The translations under genes were made by a program, and so were the position numbers. The notes below the pieces were generated by a model. The model saw only the letters and a list, made by a program, of their open reading frames with translations. It did not search any database and was not told the DNA's origin. Shown here in pieces: positions 37,864 to 48,395 of a stretch of DNA of 64,000 nucleotides. The stretch is from a bacterium (GTDB lineage: Bacteria > Bacillota_I > Bacilli_A > RF39 > UBA660). Location of the stretch: assembly GCA_029100545.1 (NCBI GenBank), contig JAQXPH010000016.1, positions 10,008 to 74,007 on the forward strand, written 5' to 3'. How positions within the stretch are numbered: position 1 is the stretch's first letter; each line of letters opens with the position of its first letter.

Positions 37864-38147
37864 AGTTTTTAGAAAAAATAGGATTTAGTAAAGATGATAT
37901 ATCTTTTTTAGAAGAAAATACTCCAGAAAAATTATTAGATTTAATTAAAGAACAAAAAAAATTAGTAACAGAAAATATTACTTATTTAAAAGATTTAGGT
38001 GTTACTAATTATCAAGATATATTTTTAAGATTTTATGATATGTTTTTAATGGATAATAGTAATTTTATAGCAATTTTCTCTAAATATGAAAAAGAAGATT
38101 TAATTGCTAAATTAAAGAAAAATATAAACATAGTAGAATATTTATAA
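37860..38147 (+). CDS. Small hypothetical helical-repeat protein (ATGA overlap with the upstream gene)
   Basis: MKFLEKIGFSKDDISFLEEN...LKDLGVTNYQDIFLRFYDMFLMD. Confidence 0.4.
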   Translation: MKFLEKIGFSKDDISFLEENTPEKLLDLIKEQKKLVTENITYLKDLGVTNYQDIFLRFYDMFLMDNSNFIAIFSKYEKEDLIAKLKKNINIVEYL

Positions 38148-38160
38148 ACTACTATGTTTT

Positions 38161-38949
38161 TTATTTACTTTTTAATCGATATAAATTAAAAGACGGTTTG
38201 TTTAAAAATCTTAAGTTAGTTTTTTCAGTACCTATTCCATAACTTACATACATTTGACTATTATTATCATTATAATAATTATCAATATAAATTTTTGCAC
38301 CATCTTTTTTTATTATAGCTCCCCAAAAAGGTATTCTAATTTGACCACCTAAAGAATGACCTGCAAAGATTACATCAATATTATAATTTTTTAATGTTTG
38401 AAAATCATCTGGTTTATGTAAAAGTCCAATTACAAAACTTGGATTAATATCTTCTTCATTTTCTAATAAAGAAGTATCAAAATTATTTGCATCTAGTATT
38501 TTAATTGGATCTATATCTTTGTTATATACATAAACGTAATTACCATTTAATACTGTAAAACCATTATTTAATAGAGTTTCTTTTATGTTTTCATTATCAT
38601 TGTCTCCTAAAATAGCATATTTATAATCTGCATTAATTTTATTAAAAAGTTCACCTAGTTTATTTAAATCATTATTATTTGCATTTTTAATAACATCTCC
38701 AGTAAAAACTACCATATTAACATTTTCATCATTTATTTTGTTTATAATATTTAAAGTATTTTCATAATCAAGTTCATTTTGATATAAAATATCAGAAAAA
38801 TGAGCTATTTTAAAACCATTAAAACCATTTGTAATTTTACTTGATTTAATTTCGTATTCATTAATTTTATAACCTTTAACATTAATATATTTTGCATATA
38901 AAAATATTAAAGTAAAAAACAAAATAATTATACATAAAAATTTTTTCAT
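38161..38949 (-). CDS. Calcineurin-like metallophosphoesterase (YkuE-like), with signal/anchor
   Basis: NMVVFTGDVI (motif), GHSLGGQIRIPFWG (GH and GxxR motifs). Confidence 0.7.
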   Translation of the reverse strand: MKKFLCIIILFFTLIFLYAKYINVKGYKINEYEIKSSKITNGFNGFKIAHFSDILYQNELDYENTLNIINKINDENVNMVVFTGDVIKNANNNDLNKLGELFNKINADYKYAILGDNDNENIKETLLNNGFTVLNGNYVYVYNKDIDPIKILDANNFDTSLLENEEDINPSFVIGLLHKPDDFQTLKNYNIDVIFAGHSLGGQIRIPFWGAIIKKDGAKIYIDNYYNDNNSQMYVSYGIGTEKTNLRFLNKPSFNLYRLKSK

Positions 38950-39626
38950 ATACTACCTGCCAACATAAGTAATAAAATACTTCCAAAATTATTAAAAAAA
39001 TGATATGTAATTGAAGTAAAAATATTATCAGTATCATAGAAAATATAACTTAAGGCAAATCCCATAATTGAGTAGGGAATAATATGTAATAGTTCAATTG
39101 AAGATTTAGCTACTAGTAAATGCATTGAACCAAAAAATAATCCTGTTATTATCGAAAAAATAATTTTGTTTTTAAATAAGTTTTTAAAATTTAATCTAAA
39201 TAAAATCTCTTCATAAAATGGAGCTAAAAAACACATTTCAATAACTGAATATAGTAATTTATATTTTACAAGTTCTCTATTTAATGATTCGTTTGTAGCA
39301 ATATCACCAGTAAATTGAGTTATAATTATATTAGATATATACATTAAAAATAAACAAATAATAAATATTTTAAAACTTTTAGAAATATATTTTTTATAAT
39401 TTTTTTTAAAGTCTTTTAAGTCATTTATTAAATTTTTTTTGTAAATTAAAAATAAGTATAGACACATTATTAAATAAATAATTATTGAAAATAAACTATT
39501 ATGTTTATTTAAATAGGATTTAAATAAAATAACTAAAATTTGCATAATTAAAAAAAATGATATAAATATTACTATATCTTTAATAATATTAAAAAAGATG
39601 TTTTTATTTTTTAATTTTATATTCAT
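38946..39626 (-). CDS. CPBP-family intramembrane metalloprotease (CAAX protease-like)
   Basis: Multiple TM segments; motifs EEILFR, FGSMHL, HFFNN in the canonical order. ATGA overlap with the downstream phosphoesterase gene. Confidence 0.7.
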   Translation of the reverse strand: MNIKLKNKNIFFNIIKDIVIFISFFLIMQILVILFKSYLNKHNSLFSIIIYLIMCLYLFLIYKKNLINDLKDFKKNYKKYISKSFKIFIICLFLMYISNIIITQFTGDIATNESLNRELVKYKLLYSVIEMCFLAPFYEEILFRLNFKNLFKNKIIFSIITGLFFGSMHLLVAKSSIELLHIIPYSIMGFALSYIFYDTDNIFTSITYHFFNNFGSILLLMLAGSI

Positions 39627-39718
39627 AATAAAAATATATCATAATTAATCATTTGTTTCAATTTTTATTGAAAAAAAATTGTCAATATGTTACTATTTTA
39701 ATAGTAGGGATGGTGCTA

Positions 39719-40444
39719 ATGAAAAAAAGTAAATATTGTTTATTTTTATTTATAATACTATTTATAGGTAAAAATGTTTTTGCTGAGTGTACATATGAAG
39801 AACAAGCAAAGCTTAATAGTGAAGCAGCAACTATTAAGGCAATTTATGAGGAACAAAAGGGTAATTTAGATTTATCAAATTATATATGTGCAGATGGTCA
39901 GGAAGATTGTAATACTGAGTATTCATATTTTAAAGTGGCTGTATTAAATTTAAGTGAAAACTTTTATGTAAAAATAAGTGAAGGTAAAAAAACTATAACA
40001 ACATTAACTTACAGTAATGTAGTAGATGGAATTGCAAGTTTTGATGTTGAAGATATAACTGAAACACACACATATAAATTTGATGTTTATACAAGTGATA
40101 AAACGAATTGCAAAAGTAAATTAAATCGTTCTTTTTATCTAACAACTCCAAGATTAAACGAGTATGCAAATTATTCAATTTGTGATGAACTTCCAGATTA
40201 TTATTTGTGCCAACAATATGTAACTTTTACTGACATGGGTTTTTCTGATTTTGTTGATAAAATTGAAAGTTATAAAAAAGAAGAGGAAGAAAAAGAAAAA
40301 GAGAGGAATAAATCTTTTTTTGAAAAAATAGGTGATTTTGTAAAAGAACATAAGACTATTTTTATTACAGGTGGGGTAGTAATTATAGTTGGTGTTGCTG
40401 GTGTGATTATAATAAAACAAAAAAGAAGAAAGGATATAATATAA
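39719..40444 (+). CDS. Secreted Cys-containing protein with a C-terminal TM anchor and KRRK tail
   Basis: AGGGATGG Shine-Dalgarno, MKKSKYCLFLFIILFIGKNVFA signal peptide; acidic EEEEKEKE linker; C-terminal IFITGGVVIIVGVAGVIIIKQKRRKD. Confidence 0.5.
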   Translation: MKKSKYCLFLFIILFIGKNVFAECTYEEQAKLNSEAATIKAIYEEQKGNLDLSNYICADGQEDCNTEYSYFKVAVLNLSENFYVKISEGKKTITTLTYSNVVDGIASFDVEDITETHTYKFDVYTSDKTNCKSKLNRSFYLTTPRLNEYANYSICDELPDYYLCQQYVTFTDMGFSDFVDKIESYKKEEEEKEKERNKSFFEKIGDFVKEHKTIFITGGVVIIVGVAGVIIIKQKRRKDII

Positions 40445-40445
40445 T

Positions 40446-43400
40446 ATGAAAAGAATATTTAAATATTTTATTGCATTTATTTTTATTATAATTCTAATAC
40501 CTAAAGCAAATGCATTTGAAGTTGGTGAAGAGTTTACGGTAATTAATAATGGTTCAGGTCAGTCATCTGGAGTTGGCTTTCCATATGGCTTTTCAACTTC
40601 AAGTGCAACTCAAGTATCTACTGGAAAAACATTTGAAGCATTTTGCCTTGAACGTAATAAAAGTGCTCCAACTTCTAGTACTACGTATTTAGTTGATAGA
40701 ACAATGCCATCCGAAACAAGTGAATCTGTTGCAAAATATGATTATGCTGCACTTTATATTATTAATAGTGAAGCAACATATGAAGAAAAACACCTTGCTA
40801 TAAGATTTCTTACTGATGTAATAGTAGGCTATAGTAATACTCAAACTGTAGCACCTGATTATTATTACCAAGAAGAAGCAGCTGTTAGTGAATTTATGAA
40901 AGATAGTTCGTTCTCAGCAGCTTATAATGATTTTACTACAAAAAGTTTTTCTTCATCACATACTTTTAATGGAAATATAAGCCAAATGTCAGGAGTAAAA
41001 AGTGTTTTACGTGATGGAATGATTTTTGCTAATGAAATGATGAAAGATAATCAAAATCAAACTAAAGTTGAAAAAGGTGAATCTGGAGAAATTAGCAAAG
41101 AATCAAGTGGTGGAATGGTTACATATAAAAAAATTGTTTCAATAAAACTTGATATATATAATATATTAAACGATAGTGATGATGAATATTTCAAAATAAT
41201 AAGTGAACCAGAAGTTGAGGCTTATAGTGACCAAGTTGAAGTTAAAATGCTTGGCGTATCTGAAACATTTATTGATAGTGAAAATGGTTGGAATTCTATA
41301 AGTGTTGGTGAAGATATATCAAAGAAACTTGATGATAGAAAAGGAACATTATATTTGGGATTTTTAGTTACTTTAACAACAGAAGAACAAAGTGAAAGTG
41401 CTGAAGAAGAGGAAGAAGAAGATTGCACTGTTAAAATAACGATAAATTATGAATATACTAGTCCTTATTCTGGAGCTGTTTTAAAACATTCAAATGCAAG
41501 TTATAGGCAAAGTGCTCAAAAATTTATAGTTGCTTCAACTGATCCAATAAAAGGTAAGTTTACATTAGAAACTAATTTATGTAGTGAAGCAACATGTGAT
41601 CCTACGATTTCCGTTCCAACATTATGTGAACCTGGTGAAGATGAGAAAGTTAATGAAGATGGATTAATAGAGTATGAATTTAGAGAAGCATATAATCCAG
41701 ATACAGGAAAGTATAATATTAAGAAATGTTTATTAAAGAAAAATAGCAATGATATAGCGGAAAATTCTTATAAATATGTAGATTCTGAAAATGCTCAAAT
41801 GGTAGTTGATAATCCATATTGTGAAGTTAAATGTAAAGAAGATTATAAATTTGGAGTGCCATATAAGAAAACAACTGAAGCAGGAAGGTATTTCCAAATT
41901 AGTACATCTATTAAAGGAGAACAAGATTGTTATACTACTAAACTTGATTACAATAAGTACACAGAAGATGTAGTAAAAAAACAAGCAGAAATTATAGATA
42001 CATATAATGAATGGCTATTAAATTATGAAAATCATATGAAAACACCAGAACAAGGTTTACCAGCAGAGTGTAAAAAATGTGGTACAAACGAAGATGGAGG
42101 TTGTGATGAAAATCTTGAAACAATAGACTATTATGATAAAATTGAACATAGTAATAACTTCATATACAAGACAATAATATCATCAGAAGATGGACCATGG
42201 AGTATTGAAGCAGGGGTTGGAGATAGTAGAGGCCCTGAAAAATATGGTAAATGGGATGGCGATGGAAAGACTTGCTCAAGTAATGGTAGTACATGTACTT
42301 CAAGTGGAACATGCGATTGGGAAATAACTCCAGAAGACGACTATGAAGAAAAAGATAAAGAATATAAACAAAAAATACAATCTACAAAACAAAAATTAAA
42401 ACAATTGCTTGAAGATCTTCGTATGATAGTTGATGAATATAACTCTTGTGTTGCTGATCATGATTATGCTTCAAAACAAAAAGATAAATCAAAAACTTAT
42501 GGAGATTCAGCATTTTGGGATATGGTATATATTTATGACCCAGAAGTTTATTATAGTTATGATGAACCAGAACCTAATAATACAAGTATAAGTAAGTGGA
42601 TAGAAGAAGTAAAAAGTATTAGTTCATGTGATAATGGAACTTGTGATATTATGATTAGTCCTGATGAATTAATAAAAGCTGAAAAATGTTCTGATAAATG
42701 TTCCGTTGATTGTGATGAACTTGGCCATAGTGGAAATGTTGAGGATATAGATGAAAATATGCATCCAGTAACTTGGTATTGTGATGGCGAAGTTGATAAT
42801 GAATATAAGGAATGTAAAGGAAATGAAATAAATAACATTTTAAGTGTTGGTGATTATAATGAAGAATATCACTGGATGGTTCTTGATGAAGATTTAGATA
42901 CTGGTATTGAAGCAGAAGTTCATATTGGAAATAATTTAAAAAATTCAAAACATTTGATAACAAAAATGGATTATTTACATAAGATTGCACAGTCTGAAGG
43001 TAATTATACTACAGCAAGGGTTTATTTTTCAGGACACGATAATGGAGATATAAAAATTGAAAATACTGATAAAATAGAAAACTATGATGTAGTAGATGGG
43101 TTACCAGTAAGTATTAATACACCACAAGGAGTATATAATTATACATTAACTTTGAAAAATATGGGTACATATTATTCTACAACACCTAATTTAGGAAGAA
43201 TATTTGATGATGAAGGAAATACAATGGCTAATTTATATATTGAAAAAGGAATTAGACCTTCAGCAACAAAAGAAAATGGTGAAGAAATAAAAGGAAATGA
43301 ATATGTATGTACATATGAAGTTTCAGCCAATGAATGTACTGATAGTTCTGGAACAAAACATTATAAAACAGAATGTAATTTAGAAAATGAAACTTGGGAT

Positions 43401-44291
43401 CAATGTAAAGAAAGATTATGTCCAAATTCTGCAGGACCATATTGTGTACATGATTCTAATGGTTACTATGTATGTGATAATAATTATTATAACGAAAGTT
43501 GTCAAAAACAAGGATCTAGGGAAGAAGCACTAGCAGCAGTAGGATGTACACTAGGTGAACCTTGTGAAAAAAATTATAATTGCTGTCCAGATTGTACAGT
43601 AGAATGTATTGGTGAATGTGTAGTTAAATCCGAATGTACTTCAACTGGTTGTACAGGAAATCCAAATTCAAAACCTCAGTACAATTTTAAACCAATAAGT
43701 CCAGGTAATATGTTTCCAACAGATCGTGAAATAGGTTTTAACTGGGATATAAGTGGCAAATATAAAAATTCATTAGTTGCTAGAAAAGCAAAAGATACTA
43801 GAGAAGAAATAACAGCAAGAGCAAATGATGTAACATCAGAAAGTGGAAGTAGTGGTATACCAAAAGTTGAAGACTATTCACTTAAAGTTACAATGGACAC
43901 TAATATGATTAATAAAATTAGGGAATATAATCAAGAACAAGGAACTTATAATAATGATACGATGTCATGTTATGATTACAAGTTAGATTATGATGAAGAT
44001 CATTGTAAGAAAAATGGTTATGCATATGTTAACAATGAGTGTATTATGTCAAATATATTTTGCTATAGTGAATTTGTTGATGACCTTCTTGATGGCAATT
44101 TTGGTGGAGAAGTTGATATGACAAATAAAGAAGGAAGAACGAAAACAAAAGAAGCATTTAATAAACAATATACTGGTATAACTGGAACACTTGATAATGT
44201 GGTAACTAATGATTATTGGACAATATATAGTTTTACGTCACTAGATACAAATGGTGATAGTATACCAGATATTGGACCATCTTGGAAATAA
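40446..44291 (+). CDS. Giant (1281 aa) secreted Cys-rich protein of unknown function
   Basis: Signal peptide MKRIFKYFIAFIFIIILIPKANA. Many Cys, densest near the C-terminus (e.g. CPNSAGPYCVHDSNGYYVCDNNYY...CCPDCTVECIGECVVKSECTSTGC). Acidic tract EEQSESAEEEEEED. No LPXTG and no repeats. Confidence 0.6.
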   Translation: MKRIFKYFIAFIFIIILIPKANAFEVGEEFTVINNGSGQSSGVGFPYGFSTSSATQVSTGKTFEAFCLERNKSAPTSSTTYLVDRTMPSETSESVAKYDYAALYIINSEATYEEKHLAIRFLTDVIVGYSNTQTVAPDYYYQEEAAVSEFMKDSSFSAAYNDFTTKSFSSSHTFNGNISQMSGVKSVLRDGMIFANEMMKDNQNQTKVEKGESGEISKESSGGMVTYKKIVSIKLDIYNILNDSDDEYFKIISEPEVEAYSDQVEVKMLGVSETFIDSENGWNSISVGEDISKKLDDRKGTLYLGFLVTLTTEEQSESAEEEEEEDCTVKITINYEYTSPYSGAVLKHSNASYRQSAQKFIVASTDPIKGKFTLETNLCSEATCDPTISVPTLCEPGEDEKVNEDGLIEYEFREAYNPDTGKYNIKKCLLKKNSNDIAENSYKYVDSENAQMVVDNPYCEVKCKEDYKFGVPYKKTTEAGRYFQISTSIKGEQDCYTTKLDYNKYTEDVVKKQAEIIDTYNEWLLNYENHMKTPEQGLPAECKKCGTNEDGGCDENLETIDYYDKIEHSNNFIYKTIISSEDGPWSIEAGVGDSRGPEKYGKWDGDGKTCSSNGSTCTSSGTCDWEITPEDDYEEKDKEYKQKIQSTKQKLKQLLEDLRMIVDEYNSCVADHDYASKQKDKSKTYGDSAFWDMVYIYDPEVYYSYDEPEPNNTSISKWIEEVKSISSCDNGTCDIMISPDELIKAEKCSDKCSVDCDELGHSGNVEDIDENMHPVTWYCDGEVDNEYKECKGNEINNILSVGDYNEEYHWMVLDEDLDTGIEAEVHIGNNLKNSKHLITKMDYLHKIAQSEGNYTTARVYFSGHDNGDIKIENTDKIENYDVVDGLPVSINTPQGVYNYTLTLKNMGTYYSTTPNLGRIFDDEGNTMANLYIEKGIRPSATKENGEEIKGNEYVCTYEVSANECTDSSGTKHYKTECNLENETWDQCKERLCPNSAGPYCVHDSNGYYVCDNNYYNESCQKQGSREEALAAVGCTLGEPCEKNYNCCPDCTVECIGECVVKSECTSTGCTGNPNSKPQYNFKPISPGNMFPTDREIGFNWDISGKYKNSLVARKAKDTREEITARANDVTSESGSSGIPKVEDYSLKVTMDTNMINKIREYNQEQGTYNNDTMSCYDYKLDYDEDHCKKNGYAYVNNECIMSNIFCYSEFVDDLLDGNFGGEVDMTNKEGRTKTKEAFNKQYTGITGTLDNVVTNDYWTIYSFTSLDTNGDSIPDIGPSWK

Positions 44292-44305
44292 GGAGGGTAT
44301 AATAT

Positions 44306-45439
44306 ATGAAAGAATCCTATTGGGGTTATTGGCTAATGGTTTTAGGAGTATTCATTATTGTAGTACTCCTTCTCATCCAAAGCTTTACTTCAACCAATAC
44401 TCAAGACTATTATTTAATTAAAGAAATTACTGAGTCATCATTGGTAGATGCAATAGATTATGGTTATTATCGTGAGTATGGTGAACTTAAAATTAATAAA
44501 GAAAAATTTTATGAAGTATTTTTAAGAAGATTTGCTGAGGAAGCGTCACTTACAACTACTTATACAATAGAATTTACTGAAATATATGAAGCACCACCTA
44601 AAGTTGGTGTTAAAGTATCAAGTAAATCATCAACTTTTACAGTTGGAGGAGATACAACAACATTTGATATAGTAAATAAACTTGATGCAATTCTTGAGTC
44701 AAAAAATAGTGCAAATATTGGCGAAGGTGAAGGATCAATCGTAGATGATTTTACAGGTGATGATGAAATTATAAATCCATCAACTGGTGAAGAAGAAACT
44801 CCTGAAGGAAGATTTGATGTGCTGATTGGTAATCCAGCAAGTATTGTACAACAATCAGAGTATGTTACTGTAAATGGCGTTAGTGTTAATATGTTTTGTG
44901 CCTGTGGTCCAATTGCGATTACTGAAGCGGCAATTATATTAGGAAAGACAAATACTTTAAAATCGGGTGTAAATTATAGTGGAAGTAATAATAAAGAACT
45001 TGCTGCAGCAACATACATTAAAATGCATGATTATGGTTTAAATGGTGATCCAACAACTAGCAATTATGATTCAAGTAGTCCATCATTTTGTGGAAGAACA
45101 GGTAATTATTCCTCAGGAAATGGATTTTATAGTACTATTGGTATAAGTGTAGCAGGAAGTGGTGGAAGTTTTGGTAGTAAATCTGGTGGATATGCAGATG
45201 AAATATTTAAACAATTAGCAAGTGGAAATGTTGTTATTGCCTCATTACCTCCGAACACATCAAATGTACCATCAGATTCAGGTTTAAAAAATACAAATAG
45301 TGGACATTATTATACAATTTATGGTTATGATGCTAATAATGGTTGCTTTAAGGTATATAATCCTATGGCTGGTAATTCATGTGTATCGGATGCAAATGTA
45401 GATAAATATTTTACTGAATACATTTCATATTCAGGCTAA
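44306..45439 (+). CDS. Membrane-anchored Peptidase_C39_2-like (YvpB-like) cysteine peptidase domain protein
   Basis: N-terminal TM (WLMVLGVFIIVVLLLI); C-terminal MFCACGPIAITEAAIIL (catalytic Cys context) and GHYYTIYGYDANNGCFKVYNPM (His/Asp region), matching the C39_2 family pattern. Confidence 0.5.
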   Translation: MKESYWGYWLMVLGVFIIVVLLLIQSFTSTNTQDYYLIKEITESSLVDAIDYGYYREYGELKINKEKFYEVFLRRFAEEASLTTTYTIEFTEIYEAPPKVGVKVSSKSSTFTVGGDTTTFDIVNKLDAILESKNSANIGEGEGSIVDDFTGDDEIINPSTGEEETPEGRFDVLIGNPASIVQQSEYVTVNGVSVNMFCACGPIAITEAAIILGKTNTLKSGVNYSGSNNKELAAATYIKMHDYGLNGDPTTSNYDSSSPSFCGRTGNYSSGNGFYSTIGISVAGSGGSFGSKSGGYADEIFKQLASGNVVIASLPPNTSNVPSDSGLKNTNSGHYYTIYGYDANNGCFKVYNPMAGNSCVSDANVDKYFTEYISYSG

Positions 45440-45551
45440 AAAGAACGTAAAAAAAATTATGTTCTTTTTTTTAATAGATAATCTTGAAATTGTTAATAAA
45501 AGTTGCTATAATTTTAATTGATAATAAAAGATTAACATATGGAGGATAAAA

Positions 45552-46322
45552 ATGGGAAATATTATTAATTTTTTTAAAAAAACAATTGCTAACAAAAATA
45601 CTGTTACAATACTTTTAGTTTTAGCAGGTATTGTTGTATTATGGGTATTTTACTCAATGAGAGTAAAAGAGGCTACTTCTCCAATAAAAGTGCCTTATGC
45701 AAAGGAAGAAATTCAGGCAACTGAAGAAATAACTGAAGATAAAATAGGCTATGTCGAAGTTAATAGTAAACTTTTAAAAACAGTGGATATTATTCAAAGT
45801 CAAAGTGCACTTATTGGTTATTATGTAACGACTGGTACATCTATTCCTAAAGGTGGATTATTTTATAAATCTCAGATAGTTACTAAAGCAGAATTACCAA
45901 ATTCAGTTTTTGATAATATTCCAGATAAACACACAATTTATAGTATGTCTGTTAATAATCATACTACTTTTGGAAATTCAATTTATCCTGGGGATAAAAT
46001 AGACCTTTATTTAAAAGCTACTGATGATAGTGGTAAAATAATGTTTGGAAAATTTATTGAAAGTATTACAGTTTTAGGAGTACGTGATTCAAGTGGTAAA
46101 GATGTTTTTGGAACTACTACTACTAGAACTCCTGCAGAACTTTTATTTGCTGTACCAAATGATATGTACGAATTATTAATGAAAGCAGGTTATATTTCTG
46201 GCATTACACTAGTTCCTGTACCACGTAACAAAGCATATACTGAACTTAATGCAGATACTGTTACTATAGAATATTTGAAAAACTTTATATTAGCAAAAAC
46301 TGCAACATTACCAACAGAATAA
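45552..46322 (+). CDS. Flp pilus assembly protein CpaB/RcpC-like
   Basis: N-terminal TM, a SAF-like beta-rich segment, and a C-terminal TPAELLFAVPNDMYELLMKAGYISGITLVPVPRN resembling the CpaB C-terminal module. Confidence 0.5.
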   Translation: MGNIINFFKKTIANKNTVTILLVLAGIVVLWVFYSMRVKEATSPIKVPYAKEEIQATEEITEDKIGYVEVNSKLLKTVDIIQSQSALIGYYVTTGTSIPKGGLFYKSQIVTKAELPNSVFDNIPDKHTIYSMSVNNHTTFGNSIYPGDKIDLYLKATDDSGKIMFGKFIESITVLGVRDSSGKDVFGTTTTRTPAELLFAVPNDMYELLMKAGYISGITLVPVPRNKAYTELNADTVTIEYLKNFILAKTATLPTE

Positions 46323-46345
46323 AAGAATAAAGGGAGTGATTATTT

Positions 46346-47485
46346 GTGAAAGAATCTATATTTTCACAATTAGATTTTGGACCTATAACTGAGTTTTTAA
46401 ATGATGATAATATTACCGATATTTCATATTCAAATGGTGGTAATGTATGGCTTAAAACTTTAGATAAAGGTATTTATATGGTCAATAGACCTGAAATAAA
46501 CAATGCATTAATGGAAAAATTAGCATTTCAATGTTCAAATGTTATGGGTACAACTTTTAATATGGCTCATCCTTTTCTAGATGCTGAAAGTACTGAACTT
46601 CGTCTTAACTTTGTTCATGAATCAATAGCCACAAATGGAATTGCCTGTGTTATAAGAAAAACACCTGCTAAGATTAGGTTAAATAAAGAAAAATTATTAA
46701 ATGAAAAATATGTTACTGAAAATATTCATAGTTTTTTAATATCATGTGTTAAGGCACATTGTAATATATTAATTTCTGGTGAAACTGGTTCAGGTAAAAC
46801 AGAACTTGCTAAATATTTAGCCTCTAATACTGAAGAAAATGAAAAAATTATTACGATTGAGGATACATTGGAACTTCATTTAGATAGAATTTTTCCACAT
46901 CGAGATATAGTTGCTATGAAAACAAATAATATTGCTTCGTATTCTGATGTTCTAGTAACATGTATGAGACAAAATCCTAAATGGATTTTACTTTCCGAAG
47001 TTCGTTCAGCAGAAGCAGTTACTGCTGTTAGAAACTCAATTTCGTCAGGTCATAATATTATTTCTACTATCCATTCAGATAGTGCTAGTAATATACCAAT
47101 GCGTATGTATTCTTTGCTTGAAAGTAATCAAGATATTGAGCAATTTTTAAAATCTATTCATAGATATGTTCAAATTGGAATACACGTAAAAGGATATATG
47201 AGTGCTGAACTTCAAAGATTTCAACGTGAAATTGTCGAAGTTGTAGAATTTTATGTAGATGATAATAATGAATCAAAAACAAATACAATATTTTATAAAA
47301 GTTTAGATGGTACTATTGCTTATAATAAACCAACAAAATATTTAGAAAATTATTTTGGTGCTCAAGGAAAAGTCCTTGATTATAGTTTATTTGATGAACA
47401 AAATAATTCAGATATAATTGAAAAAAAAGAAAATAGTAATGGACAAATTGAATTACCTATTATAGGAGCAATTGATTCATTATAG
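46346..47485 (+). CDS. TadA/CpaF/VirB11-family secretion ATPase
   Basis: Walker A ILISGETGSGKTE; TIEDTLEL (Asp box); WILLSEVRSAEA (Walker B region); GHNIISTIHSDSA (His box). Confidence 0.8.
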   Translation: MKESIFSQLDFGPITEFLNDDNITDISYSNGGNVWLKTLDKGIYMVNRPEINNALMEKLAFQCSNVMGTTFNMAHPFLDAESTELRLNFVHESIATNGIACVIRKTPAKIRLNKEKLLNEKYVTENIHSFLISCVKAHCNILISGETGSGKTELAKYLASNTEENEKIITIEDTLELHLDRIFPHRDIVAMKTNNIASYSDVLVTCMRQNPKWILLSEVRSAEAVTAVRNSISSGHNIISTIHSDSASNIPMRMYSLLESNQDIEQFLKSIHRYVQIGIHVKGYMSAELQRFQREIVEVVEFYVDDNNESKTNTIFYKSLDGTIAYNKPTKYLENYFGAQGKVLDYSLFDEQNNSDIIEKKENSNGQIELPIIGAIDSL

Positions 47486-47497
47486 AAAGGAATAAAT

Positions 47498-48394
47498 ATG
47501 GTAGAACTTATAATATTATTGATTTTAGGTATAATAATAATTTTATATCGAAGAAATCCAGGCGAAAATGTATATAAGTTTTTTGTAACTACAGTATCCG
47601 ATGCATATGATAAATATGCTCCTTATTCATTTAAAACAGTTAGAGCAAAAGCAAAAGAACTTGGTCAAGAATATTCTACTAGGCAATATATTTCTCAAAT
47701 TGTTTTATTTGCCGGTTTTGCTGGCGTTGTAGCATATTTATATTTTTATAATATCTTGATTTCTGTTTTATATGCTGTTGTTGCTATTTCATTTATTCCT
47801 TATCTTGCATATTTAAGATGTCAAAGAATTTATTCAGAATTTATTTTTGAACAAATTGAAACATATACAACAAATGTTATAATGGAATTTAATACAACCC
47901 AAAGTTTTGTTAAATCTCTCGAAGGTGTTAGAGATTCTGGAATTATTGAAGAACCTGTATTAGGTGATTTAAAAAAAATGATTGATATGTCATATCAAAA
48001 TGGTACAATAGATGAATCAATTGATTATTTTAACAAAAAGTATCCATTTTATATGGTTAAAAACATGCATCAATTGTTTTTCCAAATTACTAAAGAAGGT
48101 GCTCGTGATGCAGGACAATCTCTTGAGAATATGGCGCTTGATATAGATGCACTAGTTGAGGGTGTTTATCGAGATCAAATGGATCGTAAACAATTTCATG
48201 GTAAATTTATAAAATTTGGTCTAGCATTATTTTTTCTTATTTTAGCAGTCCAATATATGTATGGAACTGAAAGATATATTGAACTTTTAGATATATGGTA
48301 CGTACGAATTATACTTCATGCAATAATTATAATAAATGCGTTATTCCTTTTAAAGGGTGAAAAATATTATAACGAAGATGTGGGGGTAGAGTAA
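47498..48394 (+). CDS. TadB-like (T2SS-F domain) inner membrane protein
   Basis: N-terminal TM, a central cytoplasmic roughly 110-aa domain, C-terminal TM pair. Position right after the ATPase. Confidence 0.5.
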   Translation: MVELIILLILGIIIILYRRNPGENVYKFFVTTVSDAYDKYAPYSFKTVRAKAKELGQEYSTRQYISQIVLFAGFAGVVAYLYFYNILISVLYAVVAISFIPYLAYLRCQRIYSEFIFEQIETYTTNVIMEFNTTQSFVKSLEGVRDSGIIEEPVLGDLKKMIDMSYQNGTIDESIDYFNKKYPFYMVKNMHQLFFQITKEGARDAGQSLENMALDIDALVEGVYRDQMDRKQFHGKFIKFGLALFFLILAVQYMYGTERYIELLDIWYVRIILHAIIIINALFLLKGEKYYNEDVGVE

Positions 48395-48395
48395 T

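Noticed and set aside
40175-43440. Multiple short minus-strand ORFs (40175..40420, 40689..40871, 41222..41428, 41516..41749, 41733..41984, 42557..42838, 42655..42990, 43252..43440) and 39993..40178
   Set aside because: All are antisense to the 1281-aa secreted protein ORF or its upstream neighbour. Products are low-complexity S/L/F-rich; none has a ribosome-binding site.
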